DNA of 64,000 bases, taken from an uncultured bacterium (lineage in GTDB: Bacteria > Acidobacteriota > HRBIN11 > JAKEFK01). How positions within the stretch are numbered: the stretch's first letter is position 1; each line of letters opens with the position of its first letter. The stretch is taken from the NCBI GenBank assembly GCA_963777505.1, contig CAVZQN010000004.1:864001-928000 (forward strand), read 5' to 3'. Position numbers and translations under genes: made by a program. This document shows positions 62,470 through 64,000 of the stretch, one piece after another. The notes under the pieces were generated by a model. That model did no database searches and was not told where the DNA came from. It worked only from the letters and a program-made list of their open reading frames with translations.

Positions 62470-62634
62470 ATAGCCCCCAGCGTAAGCTGGGGGTAAAGAT
62501 GGTTGGGAAGTAGTCCAGCCCGCCCTTGATGGCGGGCGCAAGACCGTGAAATATTATTCTCTTACGCCCGCCGCGGAGCAGCGGGCTCGTCGTGTTCTAA
62601 CGTGCATTTACCCCCGGCTTACGCCGGGGGCTAT
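62470..62634. repeat. third REPIN-like nested palindrome family
   Basis: ATAGCCCCCAGCGTAAGCTGGGGGTAAA ... TTTACCCCCGGCTTACGCCGGGGGCTAT with internal GCCCGC hairpins. Confidence 0.75.
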
Positions 62635-62639
62635 CTAAA

Positions 62640-63173
62640 GTGAAGAGAATTTTTAGTGTGGGGCATTCGAATCTTCCACTGGAAGAATTCATATCGATGC
62701 TAAAGAAGAATCGTATCGAACTCATTGCCGATGTCAGGCGCGTTCCGCGATCAAGATTTAATCCTCAATTCAATACGACTAAATTAAAAGAGAGTTTGCA
62801 AAAAGAAGACATCGAATATTTCTGGATGCCGGAGCTTGGTGGTAAACGGGATCCGATTCCTGGTACAACGAACATTGGATGGAAGGAAGAAGCATTTCAA
62901 GGATATGCCGATCACATGCAAACTTCAGAATTCGATCATGCGCTTGCTCAGCTCATGATTCATTCAAAAATTCATACGACTGCATATCTTTGTGCAGAGG
63001 CTGATTATCAACGCTGCCATCGCAGACTGCTTTCAGATGCACTATCCGCCCGGGGTTTTGAAGTATTACACATCACAAAGACAAATGTCGTACCGCATGC
63101 GTTAACACCATTTGCCTGCGTTGAAGGAAATCGCGTTACATATCCTTCAGCGTCACCTGAGTTGGATTTTTAA
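62640..63173 (+). CDS. DUF488 family protein
   Basis: VGHSN, DVRRVPRSR, LGG, GYADHM, LCAE, CHR. Confidence 0.85.
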   Translation: MKRIFSVGHSNLPLEEFISMLKKNRIELIADVRRVPRSRFNPQFNTTKLKESLQKEDIEYFWMPELGGKRDPIPGTTNIGWKEEAFQGYADHMQTSEFDHALAQLMIHSKIHTTAYLCAEADYQRCHRRLLSDALSARGFEVLHITKTNVVPHALTPFACVEGNRVTYPSASPELDF

Positions 63174-63901
63174 AGCGCAGCGGGTGAAAGTCGTATGATC
63201 CGGAAAAGTTGCAGCATTCGGATAATCGGATAAACCGGATCGAACTCAAACCATTTAAACGCAAAATTCGTGCGGTTTGGATGCTTGTGATGATTGTTTT
63301 GATACAACTCACCCATCATTAAGAAATCCATCACAAGCGTATTGCGGGATTTATCATCATTCTCAAAATTTCTGTAACCATATTTGTGGCCGCACCAATT
63401 TACGATTGCGCCATGAATTGGCCCCATCAAGAAATGAACTGGTAAGAAGATGAGCATCCACAGGTCTGTGATGAAATAAAAATAGAAACATGCATACAAG
63501 ACACCCCAGAGGATTCTCAACCAATAGGAGTCAGTAAACTTTTCAAATGCTTTCCAATCAGGAACGTTCTGAGTGAAACGATCTTCCGGCGCCGTTCTGC
63601 CATGAGCGAAATCGCTGTAGATCGTCCACATTTGGACGATCATGCTCCAGAGGTTTGCGTGATGTGGTGAATGTGGATCTTCCTCGGTATCACTATATGC
63701 ATGATGCATTCGATGCATGATTGCATATGCGCCAGGGTTCAGATAAGAAGATCCTTGAACTATAAATGTCATCACGTGGAAAAATCTTTCCCAGAAGCGT
63801 GACATTGTAAACATCCGATGAGCGGCGTAACGATGAAGAAAAAACGTCTGACAAAAAAGTGAAAGAAACCAGTGCGCAACAATAAAAATTAATATGACCA
63901 T
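63170..63901 (-). CDS. acyl-CoA (delta-9-like) fatty acid desaturase
   Basis: His boxes HRYAAH, HRMHH and QNNHH; DPHSP. Confidence 0.88.
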   Translation of the reverse strand: MVILIFIVAHWFLSLFCQTFFLHRYAAHRMFTMSRFWERFFHVMTFIVQGSSYLNPGAYAIMHRMHHAYSDTEEDPHSPHHANLWSMIVQMWTIYSDFAHGRTAPEDRFTQNVPDWKAFEKFTDSYWLRILWGVLYACFYFYFITDLWMLIFLPVHFLMGPIHGAIVNWCGHKYGYRNFENDDKSRNTLVMDFLMMGELYQNNHHKHPNRTNFAFKWFEFDPVYPIIRMLQLFRIIRLSPAAL

Positions 63902-64000
63902 TTGTAGATCCTTAACTCAACCACCGTGTGTTTATTGCTCCCGGTAAACCCGGTGGTGAGCTCCTCCTATTTATTATCTGTCAATTCCAAATCAAAAACG

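Overview
64 kb of bacterial chromosome, about 43% GC by eye. Gene content points to an Acidobacteriota-like organism (inference): an ADOP/MacB duplicated permease, 'MTPERW...' and 'MIGKTISHY...' Ser/Thr kinases, and a sulfatase-TPR protein. The right half is mostly housekeeping: ispG, degP, gpmA, eno, lon, pilD, tag, ggt, ftsEX, gatB, folK, pyrK/D/F, rlpA, plsC, ispA and a desaturase. The left half is accessory and signalling-rich. The strongest candidate for a novel system is a co-directional three-gene cluster at 5058-9943 (minus strand). It encodes two membrane-anchored, Toll-receptor-like TIR proteins (TIR-TM-TPR and TIR-TM-FGE/C-type-lectin-like fold) followed by a SLOG domain fused to two SLATT-like 2TM modules. 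This looks like a Thoeris-like TIR-to-nucleotide-signal-to-SLOG membrane-effector circuit with extracytoplasmic sensors. Also notable: a GGDEF-STAND ATPase-TPR protein coupled to an atypical sulfatase-TPR, a Tat-exported GGT-like protein with Ser at the catalytic Thr position, an Sdh1-type succinate dehydrogenase operon, an Xre-RES toxin-antitoxin pair, and several REP/REPIN/MITE-like repeat families. About 9 single-base frameshifts, including in core genes, suggest long-read assembly errors. No rRNA, tRNA, CRISPR array, transposase or integrase was recognised. All calls are by-eye motif recognition; no database searches were run.
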